Of a stretch of 42,693 bases of DNA, positions 26,787-36,309 are shown piece after piece. The notes beneath the pieces were generated by a model. The model was not told the origin of the DNA, searched no databases, and worked only from the letters and a program-made list of their open reading frames with translations. This DNA is from an uncultured bacterium (GTDB lineage Bacteria > UBP4 > UBA4092), in assembly GCA_964644695.1 (NCBI GenBank), contig CAZXWN010000017.1:1-42693 (forward strand). Reading direction: 5' to 3'. How positions within the stretch are numbered: the first letter of the stretch is position 1; each line of letters starts with the position of its first letter. Position numbers and translations under genes: made by a program.

Positions 26787-28352
26787 ATGAAATATCGTTT
26801 TACTTTGTTTGTATTGTCATTTCTTCTCAGCGTAATGAGCATTGCCCAATCCGCTACTCCAGTGTCTGGAGTGGTTTTCCAGGATACCAATAGGAATGGT
26901 GTTCGGGATGTGAATGAAAAAGGACTCTCCCAGGTTCAAGTCTCGAATGGCCGAGACATTGTGACGACCAATAAAGAGGGTAAATACATACTGCCTGTTA
27001 ATGGGGATGCTAACATCTTCGTCATTAAACCCAGGGGGTATAGCTTCCTGATGAATGAGCATAATCAGTATAAATTCTTCTTTATTCATCGGCCTATGGG
27101 CAGCCCCAAGATGAGTTTTCCAACGATATCTCCCACGAAAATTCCCGCATCCCTTGACTTTGGATTGATACCCAATCCCACAGAATCAAATAACCTGCGG
27201 ATATTACTGCTTGGTGACCCTCAGGTGGTGTCTTCAACCTTGAAATATTTTGCGAATGATGTGGTTCCTGAACTCATCGGAACAAAGGCTGATTTTATGG
27301 TGACCCTTGGAGATAATGTGGATGAAACCCTCGACCAGTTGGAACCTATTGCTGATATCATCAAAGAAATCGGTGTCCCCTGGCGGCCGGCACCGGGTAA
27401 TAATGACCTGAATTTTGATACCCTTGGTGATAAGTATTCCCTGGAAACCTACATCAAAAACTACGGACCTCAATATTATAGTTTTAATGAGGGGCCTGCA
27501 CATTTCATAGTGTTGGATGATGTTCGATGGGTGCGTGAATCAATGGCTAAAAACGGATATTACGACAGCGCCTTAGGGGAAGACCAGATGGCTTTCCTGA
27601 AAAATGATTTAGCCAATGTCCCCAAAGATAAACTCATTGTTTTCTTCATGCACATTCCCATCAACCAAATAGCTGAAAAAGAGAGGTTCTTTGACCTCAT
27701 CAAAGACCGTCCCCATACATTGTCTGTCGCGGGTCATTATCATACGCAGTCGGATGTTTTCCTGACGGAGCAACAGGGTTGGAAGGGTGCGGCTCCTCAT
27801 CACCTGCACATTCAGGTTGCCGCATGCGGTGGTCGGTGGGATGGTATCAATGATGAATATGGATTGCCCTGTGCAAGACCTTCTGATGGGACACCCAATG
27901 GCTATTCCTTCCTGGATATTAATGGCAATGACTATAAGATAAAATACTTCCCTTCCCGAAAACCTGCGGACTTCCAAATGTCTGTTTGGACACCTTTGGA
28001 AATGACGACTCAGGAATCTGATGCAGGATTTGTCTATTCCAATATTTTCGCTGGCAATGAAAAGACAAAAGTCACGATGACTCTTGATAATGCTATTGCC
28101 CTGACTCCCGTTAAAACTGTCGAACCTGACCCCCAGATGATGCAGCAACAAAATTGGGAAAAAGGGATTAACAGTGAGCTGATTAAAAATGTGTTTATGG
28201 CCTCTAATTGTCAGCACCTCTGGAAGGCTGCCCTTCCCAAAGGGTTGAAGCCAGGATATCATCGCGTTACCGTTAAAGCGACGGATATGTATGGTTTCAC
28301 TTTCACCGGAAATCATTTCTTTAAGATAATCGAACCGGGAAAAACCAAATAA
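26787..28352 (+). CDS. Secreted calcineurin-like metallophosphoesterase (paralog 2, GNND variant)
   Basis: Same length (521 aa) as paralog 1 and collinear with it; GDPQ, GDNV, GNND, GHYH. Confidence 0.9.
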   Translation: MKYRFTLFVLSFLLSVMSIAQSATPVSGVVFQDTNRNGVRDVNEKGLSQVQVSNGRDIVTTNKEGKYILPVNGDANIFVIKPRGYSFLMNEHNQYKFFFIHRPMGSPKMSFPTISPTKIPASLDFGLIPNPTESNNLRILLLGDPQVVSSTLKYFANDVVPELIGTKADFMVTLGDNVDETLDQLEPIADIIKEIGVPWRPAPGNNDLNFDTLGDKYSLETYIKNYGPQYYSFNEGPAHFIVLDDVRWVRESMAKNGYYDSALGEDQMAFLKNDLANVPKDKLIVFFMHIPINQIAEKERFFDLIKDRPHTLSVAGHYHTQSDVFLTEQQGWKGAAPHHLHIQVAACGGRWDGINDEYGLPCARPSDGTPNGYSFLDINGNDYKIKYFPSRKPADFQMSVWTPLEMTTQESDAGFVYSNIFAGNEKTKVTMTLDNAIALTPVKTVEPDPQMMQQQNWEKGINSELIKNVFMASNCQHLWKAALPKGLKPGYHRVTVKATDMYGFTFTGNHFFKIIEPGKTK

Positions 28353-28372
28353 GATTCTATTTATATTTAAGT

Positions 28373-28407
28373 AAAAAGAAGCCCCCAATTGAGGTTTGGG
28401 GGCTTTT
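28373..28407. terminator. Bidirectional terminator between convergent genes
   Basis: AAGCCCCCA/TGGGGGCTT stem flanked by A-rich and T-rich runs. Confidence 0.8.
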
Positions 28408-28458
28408 ACTATGAATAAGGGATACTGTCGGGGTAGGACAGGAGTGAAGAGCTTGTTC

Positions 28459-29205
28459 TTACCAGCAGGAACCACCGGGTGAGGTTTGCGCGCCGACGAT
28501 CATGCCATTACGCATATAGCGTCCGTTGTTTTCGTCTCCACCAAACCGGTAAATATCGCCCAGGGAAACAGTCCCGTTGGTTGGGTCGTAATCGGTATAA
28601 CAAAGGGGGTGACCCTTTAACAGATTGGTGCTGGCTCCGCCTTCATACATGGACATGAAGGGGTAGTTTTTATAACCCATCCGGCAACGGGCACCATCAG
28701 GACCAACGCCAATGATGACATAGGTTGGACGAGAGCCGACCTGGGCAAATACCAGGTGGGAATTCTGATTGTCATTGCTGTTGATCGGGGGATTGGAATA
28801 TGACCATGTTCCTGAACCAATACGATACCAGTTGGAACCTGCGCCTTCCACAGCCACGCCACGATTAAAAGGATCTTTCGGTAACTGGGTGAGATACGCA
28901 ATTGGTGAAGTCAACTGTAACAGTCCGTTGGCACACTGTCCAAAGGTTGCCGAAGAGGGATTGATGGCATCAGGGCCGCAGTCAATAAAATCCATGGACG
29001 AGTCACTGTCGCGGGTATATTCGTTATTATCGACAAAGTAAGATTCCATCGCCGTAGCAATGGTTCTCATGTCAGACTGGTTTCTGGATACTTTGGACCG
29101 GGTCTGTGCCGCCAGGAAATTGGGAATTGCGATTGCCGCCAGAATAGCGATGATGGCGACGACGATCAACAATTCAATGAGGGTAAACCCATGACAAAAT
29201 TTCAT
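28459..29205 (-). CDS. Prepilin-type N-terminal cleavage/methylation protein (GspG/type IV pilin-like)
   Basis: G|FTLIELLIVVAIIAILAAIAIPNF class III signal; LTSPIAYL..LP.DPF; GVGPD; YDPTNGTVSLGDIY; AAGGAG RBS. Confidence 0.9.
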   Translation of the reverse strand: MKFCHGFTLIELLIVVAIIAILAAIAIPNFLAAQTRSKVSRNQSDMRTIATAMESYFVDNNEYTRDSDSSMDFIDCGPDAINPSSATFGQCANGLLQLTSPIAYLTQLPKDPFNRGVAVEGAGSNWYRIGSGTWSYSNPPINSNDNQNSHLVFAQVGSRPTYVIIGVGPDGARCRMGYKNYPFMSMYEGGASTNLLKGHPLCYTDYDPTNGTVSLGDIYRFGGDENNGRYMRNGMIVGAQTSPGGSCW

Positions 29206-29455
29206 TATAATACTCTCCTTGTATAGTTACGGGGATAAATGCGGTGATAATCCGGAATGGTTTTCAGGAGCCGGCGTTCCCGTGAACAATCCTTTCTTAT
29301 CTTCCGGGTATCTATCCTAGGGACCCACTGTGTCTGATATATGGAAGTTCTGTTAAGAATCGGTAAACGACGTCTTGATTTGCGTCAATGCGGCGAGATT
29401 TATCATTCCAGTAAGATGGAAGTAACAAAGATGAAAACAACCTAAGGAGCACCTC

Positions 29456-29671
29456 ATGATAATCACCTCAGAAACAATCATTCGCACCCTGTTAATAGAC
29501 CATCCGGAGTGCCGGGAAGTCTTTAATAAATATGGCATGGGAGCCTGTTCCAGCCACGGGCCCGAAGGTCCGGAAAAGCCGGTCTGGTTCTTCGCCCAAA
29601 ATCATGGTGTGGACCTGGATACCCTGATTCAGGAACTTACCACTGCCGTCTCTGACGCTGCATCTCACTGA
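29456..29671 (+). CDS. Small DUF1858/ScdA_N-like domain protein
   Basis: AAGGAG RBS; HPECREVFNKYGM.AC...FAQNHGVDLDTLIQEL pattern; has its own terminator. Confidence 0.75.
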   Translation: MIITSETIIRTLLIDHPECREVFNKYGMGACSSHGPEGPEKPVWFFAQNHGVDLDTLIQELTTAVSDAASH

Positions 29672-29690
29672 TTTTTCACTAATTATCACT

Positions 29691-29720
29691 AACGCAGGAG
29701 TAAACCCTCCTGCGTTTTTT
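29691..29720 (+). terminator. Rho-independent terminator
   Basis: AACGCAGGAG/CTCCTGCGTT stem plus a T-run. Confidence 0.88.
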
Positions 29721-29829
29721 ATTGTATTCATTAACATCCTTCATGCTATTATGAGGGCCAGAGGTTCGGGTTATGTGTATTTGGTTTTGGGTTATAAATT
29801 AACAAACACTATATTGGGGTATAACTACC

Positions 29830-30195
29830 ATGTTTAATGAACTGTTCAACTGGGAAGAGTTAATTCATTCTCTGGTTATTGTTGGCTGGCTATTATTTTC
29901 AATAATGTTATCCACCCGGATTGTTGCCGGATCATATTACTCTCGGCTCGGGCAGCCTACCCGGTACTGGTGGCTTTGTATGATTGCTTATTTTTTTATT
30001 ATCTATAGCGTCTATCATTATCTGGGATTTCTGGCTGCATTGATAGCGGCGGGGGTTCTACTGGGAATTCAAAGCATCATTAATCGACTAGAGGGCCATG
30101 AATTCGTGCAGGTTTTTGTTATCTTTATCGGCACTGTCATTGCAGGGTTTATTACAATAATCTTTTATTTATTTAAATCGGAAGGATTGAGTTAA
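29830..30195 (+). CDS. Hypothetical membrane protein (about 4 TM segments)
   Basis: 121-aa hydrophobic ORF that fills the intergenic space. Confidence 0.65.
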   Translation: MFNELFNWEELIHSLVIVGWLLFSIMLSTRIVAGSYYSRLGQPTRYWWLCMIAYFFIIYSVYHYLGFLAALIAAGVLLGIQSIINRLEGHEFVQVFVIFIGTVIAGFITIIFYLFKSEGLS

Positions 30196-30240
30196 CTCTT
30201 TAGATTTGAACAATCTGTTATTAATTCCAGTCTTAACCCG

Positions 30241-30269
30241 TTGCAAAAATAAGCACGTCTCGGTATAAT
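30241..30269 (+). promoter_or_regulatory. Sigma70 promoter of tRNA-Gly
   Basis: TTGCAA-17 nt-TATAAT, 28 nt upstream of the tRNA. Confidence 0.8.
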
Positions 30270-30297
30270 AATTATCTCGGAACTAATCGAAAACCGA

Positions 30298-30373
30298 GCG
30301 GAAGTAGCTCAGCTGGTAGAGCGCAACCTTGCCAAGGTTGATGTCGCGAGTTCGAACCTCGTCTTCCGCTCCA
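30298..30373 (+). tRNA. tRNA-Gly (anticodon GCC)
   Basis: 76-nt cloverleaf: GCGGAAG/CTTCCGC acceptor stem, AACCT-TGCCAA-GGTT anticodon arm region, GTTCGAA T-loop, encoded CCA. Confidence 0.97.
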
Positions 30374-30539
30374 TTTTTTTGCCCATCGCCCGATTCCCCC
30401 CAGTAAATCTCCCTAAAACTAACATTCATTCTGTTTATACAGATTTCGTTATCCTATTGTAATTATTCAATAATAGGATTATTATCTTGAGGATAAATGC
30501 AGGTACAGTATTGATACCCTACTGTGGAGAATAGGTGTA

Positions 30540-31331
30540 ATGAAATGTGACCATTGCAATCAAGAAACTCCAGGCAATTCTAGATTTTGTATGGAATGTG
30601 GAATGCCTGTCACTAGTTGCTCAGAAAATGAAGCACTTTCACCAGAAGAAGATATATATAAAAAGACAAATCCAATAAAAGTAGTTTGTCCTCGTTGTGA
30701 GAAAACAATCCCTCCTCGGTCCTTTTGTTGTCCTGCATGTAAGTTTCCTATTGAGAAAGTAAAATTCAACAGATGTGTTAAAAAAGACAGAAAGGGGTTC
30801 TGGAAATCGGTTCTATTTTGTATTTCGCCGTATGGTAGAACCCCAAACAATCTAATACAAACTGTCGAAAATAGGAGTAATAGATTATTAATATATAGTT
30901 ATTTTATTCTCAATCTAATAGTATGTTTTCAGGGCATGATATATCTTCAAATTTATAACCCACTTGTCATAATAAGTATGGCTTTACTAAGCGCTCTTTC
31001 TGGATTTATAACACCCTATGTCTTTGTAAAATTTACCAAGTTAGAAAAACAGTATCCCAGTGCATACCGAGTTAGTTTGTTTGTTGAAATTGTGACTCAA
31101 TTATGCGTGTCACTATTGTTTCTAGTTATAGCTATTATGATAGTTTCTTTGGGATATGAGCCTGATGAGTTTTTACCCAGCGGCTTAGCTGTTGCTATCC
31201 AAATTGCATTTAAAACAGAGTCTCTTTCATCAATATTTCAAATTAAAAGAAGCACAGTTTTTATTCTTAATCTTGTACTTGCAACAATCTATCTCATAGT
31301 GTTTTTAGCGTTATTTTTATTGGGAGCATAA
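30540..31331 (+). CDS. Double zinc-ribbon membrane protein (paralog A), Yip1-like TM region possible
   Basis: Four CxxC pairs in the first ~70 aa followed by about five hydrophobic segments; AT-rich. Confidence 0.8.
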   Translation: MKCDHCNQETPGNSRFCMECGMPVTSCSENEALSPEEDIYKKTNPIKVVCPRCEKTIPPRSFCCPACKFPIEKVKFNRCVKKDRKGFWKSVLFCISPYGRTPNNLIQTVENRSNRLLIYSYFILNLIVCFQGMIYLQIYNPLVIISMALLSALSGFITPYVFVKFTKLEKQYPSAYRVSLFVEIVTQLCVSLLFLVIAIMIVSLGYEPDEFLPSGLAVAIQIAFKTESLSSIFQIKRSTVFILNLVLATIYLIVFLALFLLGA

Positions 31332-31439
31332 ACAACACGTATAACTATTTATTATTCCACTGGTTTTGTGGGAAAAAAGAGCAGAGACACATACATAGAA
31401 GCAATCCAGAAATTAACTGAGTGGATAGGGGATAAGTAA

Positions 31440-32297
31440 ATGCAATGTGAACATTGTCTTAAAGATCTACCAAAAGAAGCAAGATTTTGCTTGGAATGCG
31501 GTATGCCTGTTAACGGCGGGACAATTATGATGACTGTTGAAAAAGGAGAAGACCCTTTTGAAAAAACTAATCGTATTAAAGTAGTTTGTCCCCAATGTGA
31601 AGAAATAATCCCGCCCCGGTCCTTTTATTGTCCCAATTGCAAACTTCCCATTGAGGATGTGGATTCTTTAAATAAGAATAATCCCGTTAAGTTCCCTTCA
31701 AAAGTTATTTATATCAAAGAATTACTTAAAACATTGTTCATTTTCCTAATAGCACCAACAGTCACAGCGCCTTATTTGTTAAGGTTCAAATACGAGTTTA
31801 TAATTTTTATACTACTTCCATTGTCATTTGTGACTTCATTGTTTGTAAATAATATGTATGTAGCTAGTGGGTTGGAATTTATTAACCCTGATAGTGAGTT
31901 TATGCAGGGATTTGTTTCTGGATTAAACTCGTATAAACCTTGTTTAAGTGAATGTCTTTTAATAGTATTTTTATTTGTATGTGTGTTTTTTGTTGCAAGA
32001 TATGGTGTAAAAAAGATAGAAGCTTTTAAAAATCTATTTATTCTATTGTTTGCACCATCGTTTGTTAATATCTTTTATTTACCTGTTGCGTTCTTGTTTT
32101 GGATAACACAAGTTCCTGTTACCAGCTTGATTGTTTTTGGGTTACTATTTAATATTTGGTCTTTTATTGTGAGTTTATATGCGATTTCTTCTATATATTC
32201 AATTACTAAATGGAGAATATTTCTATCAATGGTCATTCCTATGTTTATTATTGGTTTTATTGTTCACCTTTTGCTTAAAGTGTTTGCATTTATATAG
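31440..32297 (+). CDS. Double zinc-ribbon membrane protein (paralog B), Yip1-like TM region possible
   Basis: Four CxxC pairs collinear with paralog A, then about five TM segments; AT-rich. Confidence 0.8.
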   Translation: MQCEHCLKDLPKEARFCLECGMPVNGGTIMMTVEKGEDPFEKTNRIKVVCPQCEEIIPPRSFYCPNCKLPIEDVDSLNKNNPVKFPSKVIYIKELLKTLFIFLIAPTVTAPYLLRFKYEFIIFILLPLSFVTSLFVNNMYVASGLEFINPDSEFMQGFVSGLNSYKPCLSECLLIVFLFVCVFFVARYGVKKIEAFKNLFILLFAPSFVNIFYLPVAFLFWITQVPVTSLIVFGLLFNIWSFIVSLYAISSIYSITKWRIFLSMVIPMFIIGFIVHLLLKVFAFI

Positions 32298-32322
32298 CTT
32301 TAAGCCCGTGTTGACTCAAAAG

Positions 32323-32365
32323 AAAACCCGGAGTCTGTCTGTTACGACAGAACTCCGGGTTTTTT
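32323..32365. terminator. Bidirectional terminator
   Basis: AAAACCCGGAGT/ACTCCGGGTTTT stem between convergent genes. Confidence 0.85.
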
Positions 32366-32383
32366 ATTTCTCAGATGCGGTTT

Positions 32384-35236
32384 TTATTCCAGTCCGGTGA
32401 CCGCCAGCAGCAGCGGCGATACATTTGACCCGTTCCCCACAAAATCAATGGATTGGATCTCTTTATTTGGTGCTGGATTGACCCAGTTGATGGACCGCAA
32501 ATAAACGGGGGTATCTACTGGGGTATTTCCGCAATACACCGCATTCCCGTACAGATAACCCATCCAGGTGGACCAACAGGCGATATTCGGTCCATACACC
32601 AGCGGAACTGCCACCTTACTCCCATCCGCATAATGGATAGTGTATTGTCCTATGGTTTTATCCTTATCGGTCTCATACAGTGTTGTCTGCAGAAAATTCA
32701 GCGAATGGGCTTTCCTGTTGACGGGGATATTGGTGACGGCGCTGGGGAAAGAGGCTGTTTTTCCTTGCCCTTTCAGGAGAATCCCCATCGGTTCTTTATT
32801 GATATAAGACAGCCGATAATGGATATTATCCATCAGGTGGAGCTGGCCCTCGTTTGCTTCAGAAGTGACTCCGGATAAATCAATTCCTTCACCATATCCG
32901 GCAAATCCGGGTTTTTCCTTTGAATCTGTGAGTTGGAAATTCACTTTCGGAGTTAAATCAAGGGCAAATCCCTTCTTATCCTCGACTTTCCAGGTTGAAG
33001 ACGGATACCAGGTCTCCCGTAAAGTCTTCCCGACATAATACGGCATGTGAGTGATAGGTTCATTCTTAGACACCTTCCCATTCTCTAATCTGGGATTCCA
33101 GGCCAAGTCAGCCTGAGTAATATATCCCATCACCTGGCGATATTCCCGTTCCACAATAGAATCATTCTTGTCATATCCGGCCCAGGTCGTGTACATCATC
33201 CCGTCTATTTTCCGTTCCGCACCAAACTGGGTGAACCGGCTGATATTAGCCGGACGATACCAGGTCCCCCCGATAACAGGGAAACCCAGGTCTTGATAGA
33301 GAACCGTTCCCGGATAATAGTAATCATTCCGGTATCTCCAATCCACCATGATAATGTCCCGGGGAAGTAAAGGCGCCATCCATTTGAAGTCAGGTTTCTG
33401 GATAATATCGGCCCACACCATGGTCTTGATTCCCTTCATCCGGAGATACTGATACAGATAGATGGTATCCATATAATACAGTTCGGAATTACCAATCTTC
33501 TTACATTCCGGATGGGTCGGGAAAGGCAGGAATAAATCATGTTCATCATGTCCGATGTGGATTGTTTCCGGATGGAAGATGTCAATGATTTCATCAAAGA
33601 TGGAGTGTACAAACTCATAGGACTTCGGATTTAAGGGGCAATAAGTTTCATACCGGGTCGTATTCTCCACAAAATCCAGATTATGGTTCTTATAGAACAT
33701 CCAGTTACTATGGCCCAGAGTGGCCACCATTGGGACGACTTTCATATACCGGTTATTAGCTTCTTTGACGATATCCTTCAGGTATTCCGGATCCAGAGCA
33801 TAATCTGTCCATATCTCAGGATGAGATTTCCACTTGATACCATGGTCGATCTGCATCAAAATCCTGTTGTATTTGTATTTGGCAAAGATTTTTTTCATCA
33901 TTTCGACATGAGATACCGGTGAGGTCTTATCAATGAAGAAATGGACCCATCGTTCCTTGAAATAGGGTTCATCCCACACCGACACTCCACAGATATAACT
34001 CTTGTTTTCTTTACTGTTTTTCTTGATGAGTTGTTTCAGAGACTGGACTCCATAGAAAGTTCCGGCTGCATCCGTTCCCATAATCAACACCATCTTAGGA
34101 TTAACTTTCAGAATATAACCCTCGGACCCCGGACTACTCGTATCGGTTCCCAGTATCTTTTCCATGTTATAGGCAACGACGGGGGCGGTGTTCTTTTCAC
34201 CCAGTAAAATACAGTTGGAATAGTCCGCATTAACTATATAATCCACATAGGAGACGATTGGAACCGACAAACCGGTAATAGTTTTGATTTCTTCCTTGAT
34301 TTCCTGTGCATTTTTCTGGTTTGCCTCATTCTGATTTCCAACCAGAACGATTCGGGTATCCTGATTGATTACAAAATCCTGGCCGGTGACTTCCATCTTT
34401 ACCGGAACAGGAATAATCATTGTGGAGTCTTCCTTGTAGGATTGGGCTGTCGGCATTTCCCAATACCCTGATGTTTTATAGTCCAATTCTGGATGAACAA
34501 CAGGGACGGGCCGTTGATATCCAATAAACTTCCCATTAACATCGATTCCTGTCAGTTTTCCGAAGTTTTTCGGAGCATGGAAACTTCCCTGAGTGACCGC
34601 CCACGACGTATATTCATTCCCGGGGCTGGAAAATCGAGTCACATTCAGACGCCAGTAGGCCTCATTCCCGAATTTCGGCAGTAATACTTTCAGGGGGATG
34701 GCCACCTCGGCCACCCATTTATCGGCTTCTTTATGGGTCTTCACACTCCAGGGGACCATGGTCCCCCGGTTAGCCAGACAATCCCCATACCGATACCCGG
34801 GCATATTCAAACAGAAATGGAAGAAATTCCGGTCATTGGATAAATCGGATTCATATCCGACTTCATAAGGAGCAATAAAGAGTTCGAGGCTGTCATCCAG
34901 ATAAACAGCCTTATCATCTCCGGTCATCACACTGACCGTCTTCTCCATCTGGGATTCGTGGCATATCACTCCGAAATACAGGTTTTCGGAATCATATAAT
35001 ACGGCAAACTCGGTTTTTTCTTTGGCAGGAGCCCCGGAAGTATAATGTGACAGGGAATTGGGAAGTTTTGTCTTCACCCAATCCTTTTCGTTCAGTTTCC
35101 CATCTAATACGATTTTTCCGGTGGCCTTGATGGCTTTTATGGAAGGGATTTCCTGGCTTACCGCCACTCCGGCATGGGTCAGGAACAACCCACACACAAA
35201 ACCTATAACCCCAATGACGCTTTTTCGGAATAACAT
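32384..35236 (-). CDS. Secreted CBM9/DOMON-like plus GH20 hexosaminidase-like multidomain protein
   Basis: Signal peptide; IVLDGKLNEKDW...YDSENLYF...DDSLELF...WVAEVAIP (CBM9-like); IIPVP, EGYIL, WDEPYFKER, HIGHDE, VDWRY; C-terminal YADGS...WVNPAP domain. Confidence 0.85.
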   Translation of the reverse strand: MLFRKSVIGVIGFVCGLFLTHAGVAVSQEIPSIKAIKATGKIVLDGKLNEKDWVKTKLPNSLSHYTSGAPAKEKTEFAVLYDSENLYFGVICHESQMEKTVSVMTGDDKAVYLDDSLELFIAPYEVGYESDLSNDRNFFHFCLNMPGYRYGDCLANRGTMVPWSVKTHKEADKWVAEVAIPLKVLLPKFGNEAYWRLNVTRFSSPGNEYTSWAVTQGSFHAPKNFGKLTGIDVNGKFIGYQRPVPVVHPELDYKTSGYWEMPTAQSYKEDSTMIIPVPVKMEVTGQDFVINQDTRIVLVGNQNEANQKNAQEIKEEIKTITGLSVPIVSYVDYIVNADYSNCILLGEKNTAPVVAYNMEKILGTDTSSPGSEGYILKVNPKMVLIMGTDAAGTFYGVQSLKQLIKKNSKENKSYICGVSVWDEPYFKERWVHFFIDKTSPVSHVEMMKKIFAKYKYNRILMQIDHGIKWKSHPEIWTDYALDPEYLKDIVKEANNRYMKVVPMVATLGHSNWMFYKNHNLDFVENTTRYETYCPLNPKSYEFVHSIFDEIIDIFHPETIHIGHDEHDLFLPFPTHPECKKIGNSELYYMDTIYLYQYLRMKGIKTMVWADIIQKPDFKWMAPLLPRDIIMVDWRYRNDYYYPGTVLYQDLGFPVIGGTWYRPANISRFTQFGAERKIDGMMYTTWAGYDKNDSIVEREYRQVMGYITQADLAWNPRLENGKVSKNEPITHMPYYVGKTLRETWYPSSTWKVEDKKGFALDLTPKVNFQLTDSKEKPGFAGYGEGIDLSGVTSEANEGQLHLMDNIHYRLSYINKEPMGILLKGQGKTASFPSAVTNIPVNRKAHSLNFLQTTLYETDKDKTIGQYTIHYADGSKVAVPLVYGPNIACWSTWMGYLYGNAVYCGNTPVDTPVYLRSINWVNPAPNKEIQSIDFVGNGSNVSPLLLAVTGLE

Positions 35237-35622
35237 AGACCGTCCTCACTTGATTTGTTTTGCAAAATATTAACATAATCACACCAGACTGAATATGGGT
35301 CCGTATGATATTCCTGACCATCATTTCATTATTAAATAACAGGTCCTTTCGATTCCCGATACAGCTAACAATATTCGTATTACAGATACAAAACAGGACT
35401 GATTTATATCCCCTGCCGGATTGATCTATAACCTGTTGAATTTCCGAATCTGTAGTGTTCATTACAGAATTTAGTGGTAATATGTTCTGGAGAATTACGA
35501 TGAAGTTTTAGGTCACGGGATGTCGAAAACATGAATAGAATTGATGTTGATGAAAATTCTAAACAAGTTATCGGGGGATAGAAAAGGATCACGAAAACAA
35601 TAGAGGGGAGAATAGAAGAAAT

Positions 35623-36090
35623 ATGGACCTGGATTTTATAGCGGTTGAATTCGTAAACATGACCCTGATGGCCTTTGTTTTCATAGCAATGTGTCTGGTC
35701 ATATTCAAGCGTACACTCCTTATCAGAATGAATCTTGGAATAATAATGTTTGTTTATATTTACTTTTTAGGCCTCTTTGTTTTTATTGAAGACTATGAAT
35801 ATGTAGGGTTTTTATTAGTATCTTTTGGTTTGATTTATTTTTCCGTATTTAATGGGCATAAAAATAAAAAAGTCTCCCTTATTTTGAACAAAAGGGATGA
35901 CTATAACCTTTTACTGGGGAATAACTCTTTTTGCCATAAGAATTGTGTGATAAGCGATGAGCCTGTTGATAACCGCATTATCAAATACAGCTCTTATGCA
36001 ATGAAAGACATTCCTTTATTGTTCCTGTTATTTATAGCACTGGGAATAACTTTTTATGTGTTTATGGGCATTTTATTTACTATGATATAA
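35623..36090 (+). CDS. Hypothetical membrane protein, AT-rich
   Basis: 155-aa ORF with a GGAG RBS and four hydrophobic segments. Confidence 0.65.
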   Translation: MDLDFIAVEFVNMTLMAFVFIAMCLVIFKRTLLIRMNLGIIMFVYIYFLGLFVFIEDYEYVGFLLVSFGLIYFSVFNGHKNKKVSLILNKRDDYNLLLGNNSFCHKNCVISDEPVDNRIIKYSSYAMKDIPLLFLLFIALGITFYVFMGILFTMI

Positions 36091-36172
36091 ATTTCTATTT
36101 TCTAAGCACCTGCCTATTATCCCCTGACTCTTATATTTAACTCAGACAATATTGGAGTCTAATACATAGACG

Positions 36173-36218
36173 GATAAAGTCATCCCCCGGTTCTGTAAGG
36201 AGCCGGGGGATTTTTATT
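36173..36218 (+). repeat. 46-bp dispersed hairpin repeat, copy 2; terminator-like
   Basis: 45/46 identical to 22388-22433. Confidence 0.9.
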
Positions 36219-36309
36219 GGCTGGTAAGCATCTAATTAAGAGGGCTCAAAATTTCTGTTGTATGATATATTGACTTTAATTATTAAACAAAAAGGAATGA
36301 TGTTTAAAA

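Noticed and set aside
27609-28475. 288-aa antisense ORF over metallophosphoesterase 2
   Set aside because: It is a shadow of a well-supported gene, has no motifs, and the equivalent antisense region of paralog 1 is broken by stops.
30298-32365. Integrative element at tRNA-Gly
   Set aside because: I found no integrase and no duplicated tRNA 3' end in the window; only the low GC is suggestive.
35266-35295. TTATGTTAAT on the minus strand resembling the XerD arm of dif
   Set aside because: There is no XerC-like arm at the 6-bp spacing.
34992-35462. 156-aa minus-strand ORF overlapping the CBM9-GH20 start
   Set aside because: It overlaps a real gene out of frame by about 245 nt, lacks an RBS and does not look protein-like.
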